A stretch of DNA of 64,000 nucleotides from Eledone cirrhosa (lineage: Eukaryota): positions 328,228,001 to 328,292,000 of the forward strand of contig OZ024740.1 of NCBI GenBank assembly GCA_964016885.1. The letters are read 5' to 3'. The translations under genes were made by a program, and so were the position numbers. A model generated the notes under the pieces. That model was not told the origin of the DNA and made no database searches. It was given only the letters and a program-made list of their open reading frames with translations. Shown piece by piece: positions 13,271-29,483 of this stretch. The stretch's first letter is position 1. Each line of letters begins with the position of its first letter.

Positions 13271-14189
13271 ATCTTAATAATACCATCAAAGGTGGTTTGG
13301 ACGCTGCCATGTTTTCTAAAGCAACTGCGGTGGGTGTACATAGACAAAGGGACCGGCAAAAGACCAGGCAGCTTCACAAATTTCTCGTTCTGAGGCGGAA
13401 ATCCCTATTCTAGAATGCTTCTTTCGGTGATGCTTTCTCCAGTGGCAAGCTAGACACTAAACCAGGTATTTTTCATCCGTCTGGTTGAGGATCGGGGACT
13501 GACAAATACCGGCTATTTTCTTTTAGTTTTTTTTTAGCCTGTGGCGGTGGAAATCCGCAGTCTTAGGCCACTGAACTAATCCTCCACTCAATCTGATCGG
13601 AGCAGAGATGGTTATTTATAGGAATGAGATCCGAAATTGCATCTCAATCATCATTCTTCGAAGAAACATATTTATGTCAAACATAAACCAGACTTAATTA
13701 AAATTAGCAACTTAATTTGCTCCATGTGTATGTATTTGGCAACATAACTAAATAGTGAATATTTAGGCACAACGCAGTACATATAAGACAATCTAAGCTA
13801 GTAATGTAATTAAAAAGTAAAAACATTACTTGAAACTTTGTAATATATATATATATATATATATATATGCGTGTGTGAGTTGTGTGTGTGTATTTATATA
13901 TACACAACACACACACGCACGCATATATATATATTACAAACTTTTATATATATATATAATTATATAGATAATTATACTTATACATATTATATGTTATACA
14001 CTCCAGGTAACATAAGCTATTACCTATATTGTGTCAGAAGGCGCATCAATATTAAGAAAGATGAAGAGAGATGATTTCACATATTCAACTTCAATTTATT
14101 GTACCTACATTACATCAGTTATGCACATTTCAAAGGCATTAGAATGTAACTATGTAATGGTTATCTAATATTATTATCACGTTGTTCTT

Positions 14190-15439
14190 AGCCCTCTATT
14201 ATTTATTATCGTATTGCAGGCTATAACAGAGGAGTTTAAGACCGGATGTCAATGGGAAGTTCTGTACGCGGATGATCTTACATCTATAGCTGAATCTATG
14301 ATGGAACTAGAGAAGAAATTCTAAACATGGAAGCAGGGACTAGAAAGAATGGGTTCAAAGTCAACCTGACAAAGTCTAAGGTCCTCAGGGAAATGACCTT
14401 GCTCAGTATGAAAGAAAGGTGTTGGTAGGAATTCCATCTTCTACCCCAAATACAAATGATGGGTACACAAGAAATGTAGTTGGATCTCAGGAAGTTTAGT
14501 TAAGTATGTAGGCTTTACATGTAGCAGTTGCACCAGGAGAGTAAGCAGCAAACGGCCACAGAAAACAAACACTACCAAATTCTGGGAGGGCTCTGTAGAA
14601 ACAGTAGACAGCTTCTGCTACCTAGCTGACCGGATTAGCAGCGGAGGTGGGTGTAAATAAAGTAACTAGGGTAAAAATTGGGGGGGGGGGGGGGGTTCAG
14701 GGGGCTACTACCACTGATAGCTGCAAAACGTTTTTCCTTCAAATTGAAAGGCAGACTGTTATGATGCATGCATACGAACAGCAATGTTACATGGTAGTGA
14801 AACCAGGGCGTTGTGTGCAGAAGACTTACGTAGGTTAGAAAGAAATGAAGCTTGCATGCTCCGATGGATGTGTAATAGTAATATATACGCAAACGGCAAA
14901 GCATAAACGAACTGAGAGAGAGAGAGAGACTAAGCATAAGAGGAATCAAATGTTGTGTGCAAGGAGAGGAGATTACGTTGGGATGGACATGTGATGCGTA
15001 TGAAGGATGACAGCTGTATAAAACGGTGCAGATCACTAAAAGTCGATGGAAGCCTTGGAGAGATGCAAGAAGACATGGGATGAGGTGATAAAAGCAGACC
15101 TTGCCCAATTGCACCTCTCAAAGGCGATAACACAGGACCGATGACAGAAGATCCGACTTCCCACGGGTACAAGCCGAAGTTGAAGCATATAGATAGTATG
15201 CCCCCACCCATCCAACTGTAAAGTGGTCGTGTAGGTGCCACGACAAAAAGCACCTAGTATTCACTGTGAATGAGGTTGATGTTAGTAAGGGCATCCAGCT
15301 GTAGAAATCAAGCCAAAATCAGTTCTGTATAAGCAAGGCATGGTCACGTGACCTGGCATTGCCCACAACAGGGCAACCCGTCTATCCCATGCTATCGTAG
15401 AAGAATGGACGTAAAACGGTGACGATGATGACGATGATG

Positions 15440-15440
<1 letters not shown>
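14190..15440 (+). pseudogene. Decayed RTE-type LINE 3' half with a Cys/His (PHD-like) insert in the RT
   Basis: SPLLFIIVLQ, EVLYADDL, PCSV*KKGVGRNSIF..K*WVHKKCS, VDSFCYL, MLHGSET, MLRWMC, RLRWDGHVMRMKDD, KTWDEVIK. Contains stops and frameshifts; (GAT)n tail at about 15420-15440. Confidence 0.8.
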
Positions 15441-15507
<67 letters not shown>

Positions 15508-16808
15508 TATATATTATATATATATAAAGAAAAAATCAGGACCACGAGGGCTGATCTCCTGCCGTTCCAACAGCTAAATCCGAATTTTTCATTTAACTCA
15601 TTCTACTACTCCAAGTATTGAGTATTCTCGTGAGTAATGGTCTAACGGATTTTACCGCTTCTATTCTGATTATATATATATGAAAAACTATTAAATCAAT
15701 ATATGTTCAGTTTCTATATCTTAGGAGACCCTTCATTGTCCACAACATTACGTGTATGGTGAACAACGGAACTTAGAGTGACTGAATTATTTTACTACGG
15801 GCATAATTCGATAAGTCAGTTTCATTTTCCAGTTGTAACGATTTCACTTGATTAACGTTGCTAATATATGTTGTGAGATTGTGTACCGTTGTGAAAGATA
15901 TAGTCGCCAATAGTCTCATTTCCTCGCCCCAGAAATCTGACACTTTAATTTGGCAATTAATGTGATAAACCACATCCTGGTGGACCATCTTTGGGGGAGG
16001 AAACAGTAGCATCAGTCAGAAGTAAAATTGAATAAACATGAAGGAAATATCGGCCAAACGGGACATACTCAAGTCATGATTGATGTCTCGTTGAATTCAA
16101 AGAAATTTCCTGCTAGGCAAAATTGTGTTTTTCTTACTTTATTTTTATTTTCATTTTATAGTAAAATCTAACTAAACTATGAAATACACGTGTTGCAAAA
16201 TCAACAAGAGCAAATAATTGCATGCTTTACTGATAGTGTGTAAAATTACACAGAACAGCAGATACTACACAACACAAACACGATTGATTTGAGGTTCTAT
16301 CTCATGCGGATATTTCTTATCTTCATGCCTTCACCTCCCCCTCATTATCATCATCCTCATCCTCTCCATCTCTCCCATCTTCTCCTCTTCCTCATCATCA
16401 GTGCCAGCATCGTCACTGCCATGATCTGGCTGAAAGCTTAGTAAAAACGACGGGAGGGCGGGCTTCTTGGTTCATTAAATAGAAAAATAAAATTGTGATC
16501 AGGATTGCGTCATCGTAATTGATGTAGGTACACCAAGGAAATTTCAAAAGAACGTTGATGTTACAGGGAAAAAGGAAGAAGAAAACTTTACAACCACTCA
16601 TGGAAAACAAGTGTTAAACAGATACTTCGCACCGGGAACTTACCTTTATTCTGCGGCACTCATATCCAGAGTCATTGCTTTGTTTCAGGCTAAATTTAAG
16701 TGAGTAAAATTATAACCCTAAGTTTTCTCGTCTTTCTTCTAGACAATACAGATCCCTACACATATGTATACCTTATATATCCCACAAAACCATAATAATA
16801 ATAATATG

Positions 16809-16877
<69 letters not shown>

Positions 16878-17253
16878 ACATATATATATATACACATATA
16901 TACATACATATATATACATATATATATATACTCATTCATATGTATATATGGACACGGACATACACAGACATACACACATACCCCCCCATATATATTAAGA
17001 AAAACGATGAAGATTTGATCTCACAAAAATACTGTATTTTGGTTGGATCACTAGTCGGGACCATAACCTATATGGATGACCCTGAGCGAATCCTCTGCGA
17101 AACATGCGTAACAGGTCGATACATAATAAAAACCTAAATAGATGTAAACGAACTTTCATGGTTTTTCTCTGTGCATCAAGTTTTCATATTTGTACGACCA
17201 CCATTTATTCATTGAATCACATACACATTCTCTCACTCCGCCCCTCTCTCTCA

Positions 17254-17323
<70 letters not shown>

Positions 17324-17402
17324 ATTTCCTGAGGGTCATTCTGCAAACAAAACATACACACTGACTGCTTTTCATTTCAGTTTTATTATTAAGCAATTAA
17401 TG

Positions 17403-17960
17403 GCAGTGGATTGGTAGTATCCGTAGAGTGTCGGACAACATACTTTGTAGCATAGAGTTACGACCCTTTACGATGTGAGTTCAAATCCCACCAAGGTTAA
17501 CATTGCCTTTCATCCTTACGGGATTGATAAAATAATGTACCAGTAACTCACTGATGTTGATTTAATCGGCTTTTTCTCTTCAATAAGATTGTTGGCCTTG
17601 TGCCTAAATCAGAAACCATTATTAAGCATTTAGACAACTAGTTAATTAATTAATTGATCATTTAATTAATCATTGGATTAATTTGTTTGTCAAAGTTATC
17701 TTTTCAGCGCCTGTGACCTTATCAATGTTCTCTTCGTGCCCTTCCCCCTTGTCAGTACTTACTCAGTGTTCTCAGTGTTCTCAGTGTATCGGTTGACGAT
17801 CGGACACTATGCTTTCCAGCATAGAGTTACGCCCCTTTTATGGTCTGAGTTCAAATCCCACCGAGGTTAACTTTGCCTTTCATCCTTACGGGGTCGATAA
17901 AATAAAGTACCATTAATGCACTGGGATAATCGCTGGCCGTATGCCAAAAGTAGAAATAAT
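17403..17960 (+). mobile_element. Two tRNA-derived SINE copies (17403-17620, 17785-17960)
   Basis: GAGTTCAAATCCC B box plus GCCTTTCATCCTTACGGG core in both. Confidence 0.85.
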
Positions 17961-18009
17961 TATTTATTCACCTCCTTTTCTCTATTTCAATTGTAAAGGA
18001 AGACAACAT

Positions 18010-18650
18010 TATCTAAGAGGTATTATTTGCTCGACATTTTGTAACAGATACGAAAAGAGAGTCGATATTTCTTATTGAGGAAAAAGTAGAAAAGTTAAAA
18101 TAGAATTGTCTGACGATAATCTACTGCCACTGGATTCTTTGCACAATTAAAAGAAAAAGCCTTTGCAGATCTGCGGTCCACTGAATGATTCATTGACAGC
18201 ATTTAGTTTCAAAAGTTTATAGTGATTGCTTGTAACGCCAAAGGCACTACGTGATTACAGCAATTAACAAAATCAGAAAAAATTCTCTCAATGACATTAT
18301 TCAGGCAGCTGTGCAAACAAAACAATGAAGAATTTAATTGCTTGCTATTCCACACTGAAGTTTGCTTGCTGTCAAATGGCGCCTGTTTGTGCCAATTATA
18401 TAGACTTTTTGAGATAATTTGGAATTCTTTGAAAACAAAGGTGTTTAAATGTGAAGCAATATGAAAAATGTTAATAGTAACATATCTGATATGCCAGAGT
18501 TTTATTTCAAGTTTAATGAAATGAATTTACAACTGGGAGGAAATGAACTGAATTTGGTTAAAACGAAGAGTGTTATACGTGCATTTATTTTCAAAAATGT
18601 CATGTTCCAACACAATTTTAAGATATGGAAAATTAACAACAGTTTCGGGT
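18010..18650 (+). pseudogene. hAT (Buster/Charlie-like) transposase relic
   Basis: LLFHTEVCLLSNGACL (cf. HTEVRWLSKG) and FNEMNLQLGGNELNLVKTKSVIRAF. Confidence 0.75.
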
Positions 18651-18739
18651 TGTACTGAAACATTAGATAGAGAATAGGAAGATGCTCAGTGAAAAATCCA
18701 TGTTTTCCTAGGGATCCAGGAATATAAACAGGCAATGGT

Positions 18740-19650
18740 GCGATCACTGTAGAAATTTTAGTCCTCTTGAGGGAGTCTCTTGATAAGCTCGAAACCTCAA
18801 GGATAATACCAGGATTGGACATATCCACAAAGTACGAGCGAAACTATCACTAGTCGGGTCTAGAAGAATTTTGGTAAAATTTATATACATTTTTTCTTCA
18901 AACTTGCATTCTAGACTTAGCTCCGTTTAATTGATTATTTGTCTAGTTAATTTCTACGGGCTAAAAAGAAAGACTAGGTAAATTTTATCTGGCTGTTTCT
19001 CGCGGGGGATAGTCTATGTCATTTATCTGTTATTTCTTCGAAGTTACATTTTAAACTTAGCTCCATTTAAATGATTATTTAATTAGTTAATTTATAGGGA
19101 CTAAGGATAAGAAAAATTGGATATATTTTATCTGACAGTTCTTCAAACTTATAATTTTATATAGCTTTGATAAATAATTATTTGCTTAATTAATTTTTTC
19201 ATTGAGCCACACTGATATATGTATCTGTGATTATGTCTAAGTATATACATATATATCCTTATGAATTTATTCTATACTCCTTTTTGGTTGAGTAAACCTT
19301 AGGCGGTAACTAACTGCTCCTTCTAGCAGCCAACCTACCTGCCACCCGGCCTACCCTTCACACACTTCTATTTTGACCGCTGGCCACGTGATAATTCTTA
19401 CCCATTTTGAATTCATTTCTGACGGCGATCACTGTAGAAATTTTAGTCCTCTTGAGGGAGTCTCTTGATAAAGTCGAAATCTCATGGATAATACCAGGAT
19501 TGGACATATCCACAAAGTACGAGAGAAACTATCGATAGTCGGGACTAGAAGAATTTTGGTAAAGTTTATATACATTTTTTCTTCCAACTTGCATTTTAGA
19601 CTTAGCTCCGGTTAATTGATTATTTGTCTAGTTAATTTCTACGGGCTATA
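18740..19650 (+). mobile_element. Direct repeats (18740-18960, 19425-19647), each with a degenerate hammerhead; Penelope-like
   Basis: TTGATAA-GCTCG...CGAGC-GAAACTATCACTAGTC-GGG at 18780-18858. The second copy has GAAACTATCGATAGTC. Confidence 0.55.
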
Positions 19651-20100
19651 CATGTGTATATCTATGTACAAATTGGTGGTGTCTAGCTTACCCATCCTGC
19701 ATGTATAACTGCAGATATAACTATATTGTACACTTGGCTGCTAGCGCACTTCTTAATATATATCTTAATTAACTACTAACACGAGCGTTAATTATATGTA
19801 AATTAGTACGTTCATTTCAGAATAATACTAAGAGCTAATGCATAGATACAAGCCCATCAAAGACGTGTTTACTTGTGGTTGTTTGGATGATATACACGTC
19901 TTCTTATAAGGGCTCAACTAGGTCCGAAAATCGATTAAAGTTGATTTTCGTTTGTTTTAATTTACAGGGAAATTTTTATTTTAGGGTATATTTACATGTC
20001 AACATATTGAATATGTTATATTTATAAACACATTCGGACAGTCTCGGTTACCCATTCTATATCTATACAGATATAACTTTATCGTACACTTCTACTGCTA

Positions 20101-20872
<772 letters not shown>

Positions 20873-20923
20873 AGCAATAGAAGTGTACGATAAAGTTATA
20901 TCTGTATAGATATAGAATGGGTA

Positions 20924-20961
<38 letters not shown>

Positions 20962-21519
20962 TCTTCTCAACTGCGATTGAACATAACTTCTTGGAATAAC
21001 AGCTAGCTATGAATTTTGCTTAAGAATTCTTCTTTTTCGAAACAGACCATAAATTCTTGAAATTATTTGGCGGTACTCCAGTCTTATGTTGAAATACAAT
21101 TGAAACATAGTTTAGTGTTCAGTAAAAGTATGTTTATGCATGATGCAACTTATGTTATGTATGTATGTATGTATGTATGTATGTATGTATGTATGTATGT
21201 ATGTATGTATGTATGTATGCATGCATGCATGTATGTATATATATGTATGTATGAATGTATGTATATATGAATGTATGTATGTATGTTCGTCTGGTTTTAT
21301 TATTTTAAAAATTTCCACTAATAGAGAAAGACCCAGTTTCTTCCACCTCAATTTAGCCATCAACTAAGTAGATGTGTATGTACATCTGTATGTGATTGTG
21401 TGTGTGTGCAGGTGTATGCAAGTGTTTTTAGTTATATGTGTACACGTGCATATGTTTCTGTGCCCATACATATGTGTACAGAGATATTACATGCTTAATT
21501 TCTTAAAGGTTTTGCATAA

Positions 21520-22760
21520 TTTTAAATTTCCATTAATGGACTGTAATTGTAAATTCCTAACTACCATGCTCTTTCTAGTTGAGGCATTTACTAACATATC
21601 CAAGAGCCCCAATGCTCACAGGTACAAACCTAAAGATATAGTCAGGATGGAGTATCTGCAGATTCCTCATTAATTCAGCATAAATGTTCTACTTTTCACT
21701 AATATTTAGCCTTATATTAACATCGGCTGGGCAATTGATTTCCACTACTGAGCATGTCTCCTTTCCTCTGTACTATATTTCTATGCCTGGTCTGTTCTGT
21801 TTAAATCTTATTGGAAATTTGACTGGAACATTCCACCAATATTCTTTAATATTATATATTCATATGTACTACACACCACTGTAACTTTTTATATGTTTAT
21901 TCCCAGGGCTGTCTTTTCTACAGATTGCATTGTTTAGTGCTTTGTTTACTACATTATACCTCATAGGTAGATAGAATCGTGATGACATATTAAGATAGTT
22001 GCTGATGAAATAGGTAATAATCTCAGTGTTTATTCCGCAGAGTCGGCATCTGTTGTCACGTCTAGGTGTTTTGCCTGCATCCCTATCTATTTTGTGCATC
22101 AGGTATTTAGTTGTTAATTCCTGTTCTTGGATTGCCAAAGCATATCCATTGAACGAAGAGCCAGCATACCGGTTTTTGATCCAAGATAGACTGCTTTGCG
22201 TATTTATATTACTCTCACTTTGAAGATTTCTGGCAAAATATCCATGCACGATATCTTTGCTGATAACCATGCAGCTTTTCGTTCATGGATTTGATGCGGT
22301 ATTACTGTGCCATCTCTCTTGCAGGGAGTATTTTTCAAGGAGCTCCATCCTAACACGTAGGATATTATTCGCTCCATGTACAAATACTTATTCTATAGAT
22401 GGGCTTCCATGCTTGATAGTTCGTAGATGTTGTCGGAAGGATATGCTGGAACGCAAATGCATTTTGATTGATATTAAGCCTCTACCTCCTTGTTTACCTT
22501 TCATGTAGAGATGGTCCATATCACTGATGATGTGTAAATCTTCGGTGCCGGTTAGATCTTTTCGAGTTTTAAAATCAATGGCTCGGATCTCATTTAGCAT
22601 CCTGTCAAGTAGTTCAAATGCTGGTGACAGCACAAGCACAGCAAACACATTGTGGGTCACTGAGTTATTGTGCACAGAGTTCAGAAGACCATATTTGTTA
22701 TGTTTCCTTGTTATGCGTCCCTTCCTACAAATTCCATCATGGGATATATTTCCATCTATC
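21520..22760 (-). pseudogene. Decayed R4/Dong-like LINE with restriction-like endonuclease
   Basis: DHLYMKGKQGGRGL, AIQEQELTTKYL, CRLCG..E, RYNVV, VVEINCPAD and IGALGYV motifs across frameshifted minus-strand ORFs. Confidence 0.8.
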
Positions 22761-23300
22761 CGTAAGTATCTGACAGGACCCGCTGGAAGAAGTGTTTGAG
22801 GACTCTGCCCCAACAACTCTCACAGGAAGTGGGCGAAGAAGAAGTTTCTTTCAATCAAATTTTTGTTTTCCTGATGTCTATTTCTCTTGATGGTAGTGTT
22901 CATGTTTATGTTTATTGTAGACTGATATATCAGTAAATTGGTGAATTATCTCTTCTATGATTGTAACTTCTTGAAAACAAGGAATCAGAAATTTTACTCT
23001 GTTAAAACTTCATGTTCTATAACATTGAGTTAGCTTTATAATCATGTTCAAGTAAGGAGTCTAGTTTTATTATTTATTTGCTAATTTATTTAATCAATTT
23101 AAAAGTTCATGTAGAGCTGGTAAACCATGACAGGCTGGGAAATGTATATAGTACTCCTTATCATTAAGAAACAAAAACAAGAGAAAGAGAGAGAGAGAGA
23201 AATGTGAGGGAGGGGCAAGAATGAGGGTGAGAAGGAGAGTGAGTGAAAGAGGAGAGGGAGAAAAGTGTTAGGGGAGATAGATAGACAGGCACATAGGCTA

Positions 23301-24353
<1,053 letters not shown>

Positions 24354-24626
24354 TAGAGAGAGATAGATATGGATAAAAAGGAAACAAAAGAAGCTAAAGT
24401 AAGAAGAAGGTGAAGAATATACGGGCTTCCATAAAGCAATGTCAGTAATTAAAATCTGTAGGCAGTCGTAATAGCTTTCTGATAAATAAGACAGCTTTGT
24501 GAATAGTGCCTTGCAGTACCCCAACTATCATAGAGATTTGTTAGAAAGCGGACAAATGACTGCAACTACTCGTCTTTTATAAAATTGGTAAACCCGGCAA
24601 AACGTAAATAAATACAACCAATCAGT

Positions 24627-24808
24627 TTGGCAGTATCGATAGAGGGTCCCACACCATGCTTTGTAGCATAGAGTTACGGCCCTTTATGTTCTGAATTCAA
24701 ATCCCGCCGAGGTTAACTTTGCCTTTCATCTTTACGGGGTCGATAAAATAAAGTACCAGTAATGCACTGGGATAATTGCTGGCCTTGTGCCAAAAGTAGA
24801 AACAGTTA
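24627..24808 (+). mobile_element. tRNA-derived SINE
   Basis: TGGCAGTATCG A box, GAATTCAAATCCC B box, core and tail. Confidence 0.85.
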
Positions 24809-26121
24809 TTGTATGTCTTCAAGTTAGCTCTGATGGAGAAGATCTATTACCAAAAGCAACCCAGAAGTGACCAACCTTTATTGTTAAATGTATCCAGATT
24901 TACATTAACTAATGTAGTTGTGAATACTAAAAAAGAATATTTAACGATAGTAAGGTGTGATTTGAAGCAGATTTGGCTGTTATTTCTTGCATAAAAAGAG
25001 CTCACATAAAGCTTCTCCTATCGGCTGTCAGTATTTTGTAAAAATACTACTGAAGGTGATACATGTAACATTTTCCTCTCGAACGAAAATCATGTGTGAG
25101 TGAAGAAGTGATTTTATCCAGAAGTGATTTTATCTAATTTTAGCAGGGAACACGTGTTACACTTTGTTCTTATAGTCTTCAACTTCACTTACAACCATCC
25201 TAAATATTTCTCCTAATTTCTTTGAAGAAGTATCCTGCCGTAGACATCAGGACTCACCTCTCCACAAAACACACTAACTTACGAGCCAACGAGCAAGCTA
25301 CTATTTGGACGCTTGGCTTACTAAAAATAGCAGCTAACTCACCCTCAAATCACATAAAGAAAGAAACATTGTTTAATGTGTGTCGAGAAACACAACTCCT
25401 GAAAAGAGTAGGGGATTGTCATAACTGAAATGTCTTTGATCATAGGGTCTGCTCAGTTAGGATCTAGACATCAACGACAGCAGCAACACCGGTTGTGACC
25501 AACTTGAATGATAGGCTTAATCAATTACTCAGTTTAACACTACCACCTGATCCTTGGGGACCTTTAGAGGACTCTACTTTGCTCCAAATATTCATGCCAT
25601 GTCTCCAGTTTGGGGATACTTTTCTCCCTCTCTTCCACTTGTTTCGGATGCCCTGAAGAAATAAAGGCCCATGGGCACTACCCTTCTTCCTGACTAAGCA
25701 ATTTAAAAAAGAACAATGTGCGACTGTGATATTATATACAATTTGTAAATAGTCATGGTCATAGCTTTCTCCGATACATTTTGGAAATTTCCAATAAAAA
25801 ATACATTAAATATATTTTAATGAATATTCCTCGAAAAAAGAGTTTAATCGTCACTGTACAATTGTGGATGCCTGGGTTGAGTTTGTCTCTCATCAACTTG
25901 GTATATCCATATATTTTAAGTTAACGTCTAAGTAAAGCGATGAAATTGGCAGATTCGCTCTAACATCGAATCCCTAGCGATATTCGTTCGTTCCGGTTCA
26001 CAGCGTTCTGAGTTCAAATCTCTTTAAAGTAAAGTATCAGTCAACAAGTATTGAAGGGATTTCTTCTTCTTCTTCTTCTTCTTCTTCTTCTTCTTGAAGA
26101 GCGTTACATATCTCGGAATGG

Positions 26122-26262
26122 AGGCCCATGTCCTCGAGGTTAGGGGCTAGGCGCATAGCATAAGGTCATGGGTTCAATTCCCAGATCGAGTGGCGCATTG
26201 TGTCCTTGAGCAAGGTGCTTCCTTTCCTGATGCTCCAGTTCGCTCAGCTGAAAATGAGTACT
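26122..26262 (+). mobile_element. Second tRNA-SINE family (CORE-like)
   Basis: GGTTCAATTCCC B box, TGTGTCCTTGAGCAAG, CTCAGCTGAAAATGAGTAC. Related head fragments at about 1640-1715, 5010-5115 and 27130-27200 (-). Confidence 0.65.
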
Positions 26263-27265
26263 TTCAACAACAGTAAGAAATTCTACTCGAAGTCACTGAA
26301 AGCCTTATGAAACCGGAATAAGCTCCTATCTTCGCCTAACCCTTGCAAGTACGGAAAAACGAGCATTACACGATGACTTTCTCTCTCCCGACCTTCTCTG
26401 ACATATCTGGGACAAGCCTTTGAAGGTACGATTCTTTCTGCTAATCTAATAGCCTCTTTCGAATGTTCTTGTTATATACACACACGTGTCTAGCAGAAGA
26501 AACATTTTTCCCTTCTTTCCGCCACCACAAGTTCCATAATACATAGTTTCCTTTCAAAAGTACATTCCATTGGGCTCTTAAAGCACTTTTATTTAATAGT
26601 TTTTCTCAACGTTAAGTTGTGTCAAGAGATTTGTGAGTAGTTAATTAGTCAGATTATTGCTTTCAGTTAGAAGAATTCCTTTACCTCATGGATTAATGTT
26701 GCTGCGTGCTTAAACTACTTCAGAGACTAGAATATCTGTATATAGGAGATGAATTTACTTTTATTTTTAATTAACAAATATTTCATATATTTTCCCCTAG
26801 TCCATCATTTGTCCCTTGCAAGTAATATATTCCATCCAACTTTCTTTTTGTTGTTGCTGTTGTAATTTTAATTTAGTTTTCACCTAGACCGAATCCATAT
26901 ATAACACTTATATATAATCTATGTGTGGGATCTCCGTCGGTTTCGACGATAAATGTTCGAATTTTTCGAACAATGGAAACAAACTGCTTGTGAAATTAAC
27001 GGATAAGTGACTGGATATTCCACAGACACGTGTACTTCACGTATGTCTTTGTGAGATCCAACACGACACAGTGTGTAACAAGGATGGACTTTGAATTACA
27101 GGTGGAGATGACTGGAGTAGCTTGAAATAAGGTTCATTACTCAAGGACACAAGGTGCCGGGTAATCGGACTCACAACTATAAGATCAATATGACACGCGC
27201 TTTCACTAGACATAATACACACCTGGCACATTCACACGCATTATATATATATATATGTATGTATG

Positions 27266-27336
<71 letters not shown>

Positions 27337-27627
27337 TAGTAGTACAAATTAAAGTTTAAGCAAAATATTTCTGCTTCCACCCTATACGGTATCTTACAAA
27401 ATCCCGTACAGGGTGGAAACAGAAATATTTTGCTTAAACTATAATCTATACTAATAATAAGTATTTCCTCTACTGGTTTGAATATACTTATATATATTTA
27501 TAAGTATATATACAATCGTTATCGAGCCCTCTTCGGATTTTAGTATGTGTACTTATTATTACTATACACATATACATACAAGCACACACACATACACGCA
27601 CACACACACACGCGCGCGCGCACACAC

Positions 27628-27673
<46 letters not shown>

Positions 27674-27957
27674 GCTAGACAGTGACTACCCAGACGGAAA
27701 CCATAAATATGAATTATTAAATGAAAAAATAATATGATTTCCAATTAATTATATGTACCCCAATTTAATGCCTGGAATTATATGTAAAATTTAGTCCATG
27801 GCTAATATTTTGAAGTTTCATAAACATAATTTCCACTTCTTTTCAACTTCATTTTATAGACTTTGGCGTAGAGCTAATACAACCCACATGTCGAAAGTTC
27901 AGCTCCCCAAAAGCGTAAGATTTAGTCTTACAGAAGTAGAATACAAACTGCTTACTC

Positions 27958-28012
<55 letters not shown>

Positions 28013-28341
28013 GTAGATTTTCGAGTTGTGTCAAGAGTTAAAAAAAGGTACTCAATACATTGGTAGTGTTTATACATTTTTTAAATTTCATACAGAAATG
28101 ACCTCGACAGAACTAGAACTGTTTCATATACATGAAATCAGTTATATATATATACATAGTAAACTAATTCTTTTACTGTTATTACTCCAAGAACCACCTG
28201 CCTAGGAATCTTCTTAAACTGGTCACCTGACTAAGGTAACTTCTTGTTGATTCAAACAACGCCGTACGTTAAAACTATCTCAAACACAGAGTACTCACAA
28301 CCTCTAGCTGGATTACCTGAAACGATACCTTGTTATCCTGA

Positions 28342-28395
<54 letters not shown>

Positions 28396-28513
28396 CTGGG
28401 GTTGGATGCTTAAAGCGTCCGTATGCGGTAGGCCGTTTGAGCACTAGCTCGATGCTCTCATAGAGCAGAGTATGATATCACAAAATTTAGGAAAATCTGC
28501 TTCGTAGAATCAA

Positions 28514-28609
28514 GACGTATCTGAGGACCTTGCGATTTTCAGAGTCAGGTTTGATCATCACATCGATCGTACCTCGAGCTGGTCGCCAGAGAAACGATTG
28601 TAATATGTC
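28514..28609 (+). ncRNA. Type I hammerhead with long stem II
   Basis: Stem I GACGTAT/ATATGTC, core CTGAGGA...GAAA, stem III AC(GATT)GT, GUA site; AATAAA at 28611. Confidence 0.65.
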
Positions 28610-28651
28610 CAATAAATTCCATTTGTCTCAACACTGATTCTCTTTTTTTGT

Positions 28652-28731
<80 letters not shown>

Positions 28732-28833
28732 TGATGCAGTAGTTATATTTTGTGTTATTCAATTTCTAATTAAATAGCTCTGTTCTATACATAGAACACT
28801 CTTTTTTCCTTTGCGTTTCCTTCGGCATTATCT

Positions 28834-28877
<44 letters not shown>

Positions 28878-29440
28878 TTCTTATATCTTTTTATTTTGAA
28901 TTTACCGCTTTTAGCCCAATCCCGCAAGACAGTCCTCCATGGCGCTTAGAAGCCATTCCACTACTCTGGCCCTTAGCTAAAATGTTGAGAGGTACTCGTT
29001 GATAAAACAATGTAGTTGACTGTCTACACCTTTTGTACAGTGCAGCCACTGAGAAGAGCAATTTGCTAATGCACTTACTTGATCAGTCTATATTGTGGAA
29101 ACCATGGTCCGGGAAAATGTCCAATTGTACTTATTATAAATAACCTATGGTAATCACTCTGAGTACAGATTTAAATGTTTAATAACAGTGTACTCAACAT
29201 CGAAGAAAAGTTTGAATATTCATTTTATCAAGGTTAAATAGTGAGTCTTGTTACCCTGGAGTTTCGTCTCAACCACATACGGATTTACGCTCCCAGCTAC
29301 TTGTAGCCGGTAGAGCACTTTCGATGCTTGGAGTCCCTCTGTATATTAATTACAAAAACAATACCTTATTTTCTTTTTCAGATATTAAATGGAGAAGCCG
29401 GGCATCCAGCAGCAGCACCAGCAACAACAGCAGCAGCAAC

Positions 29441-29483
<43 letters not shown>

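Noticed and set aside
12730-13600. Possible minus-strand RTE-derived fragments around a SINE
   Set aside because: Only a vague zinc-finger-like remnant; boundaries and class not supportable.
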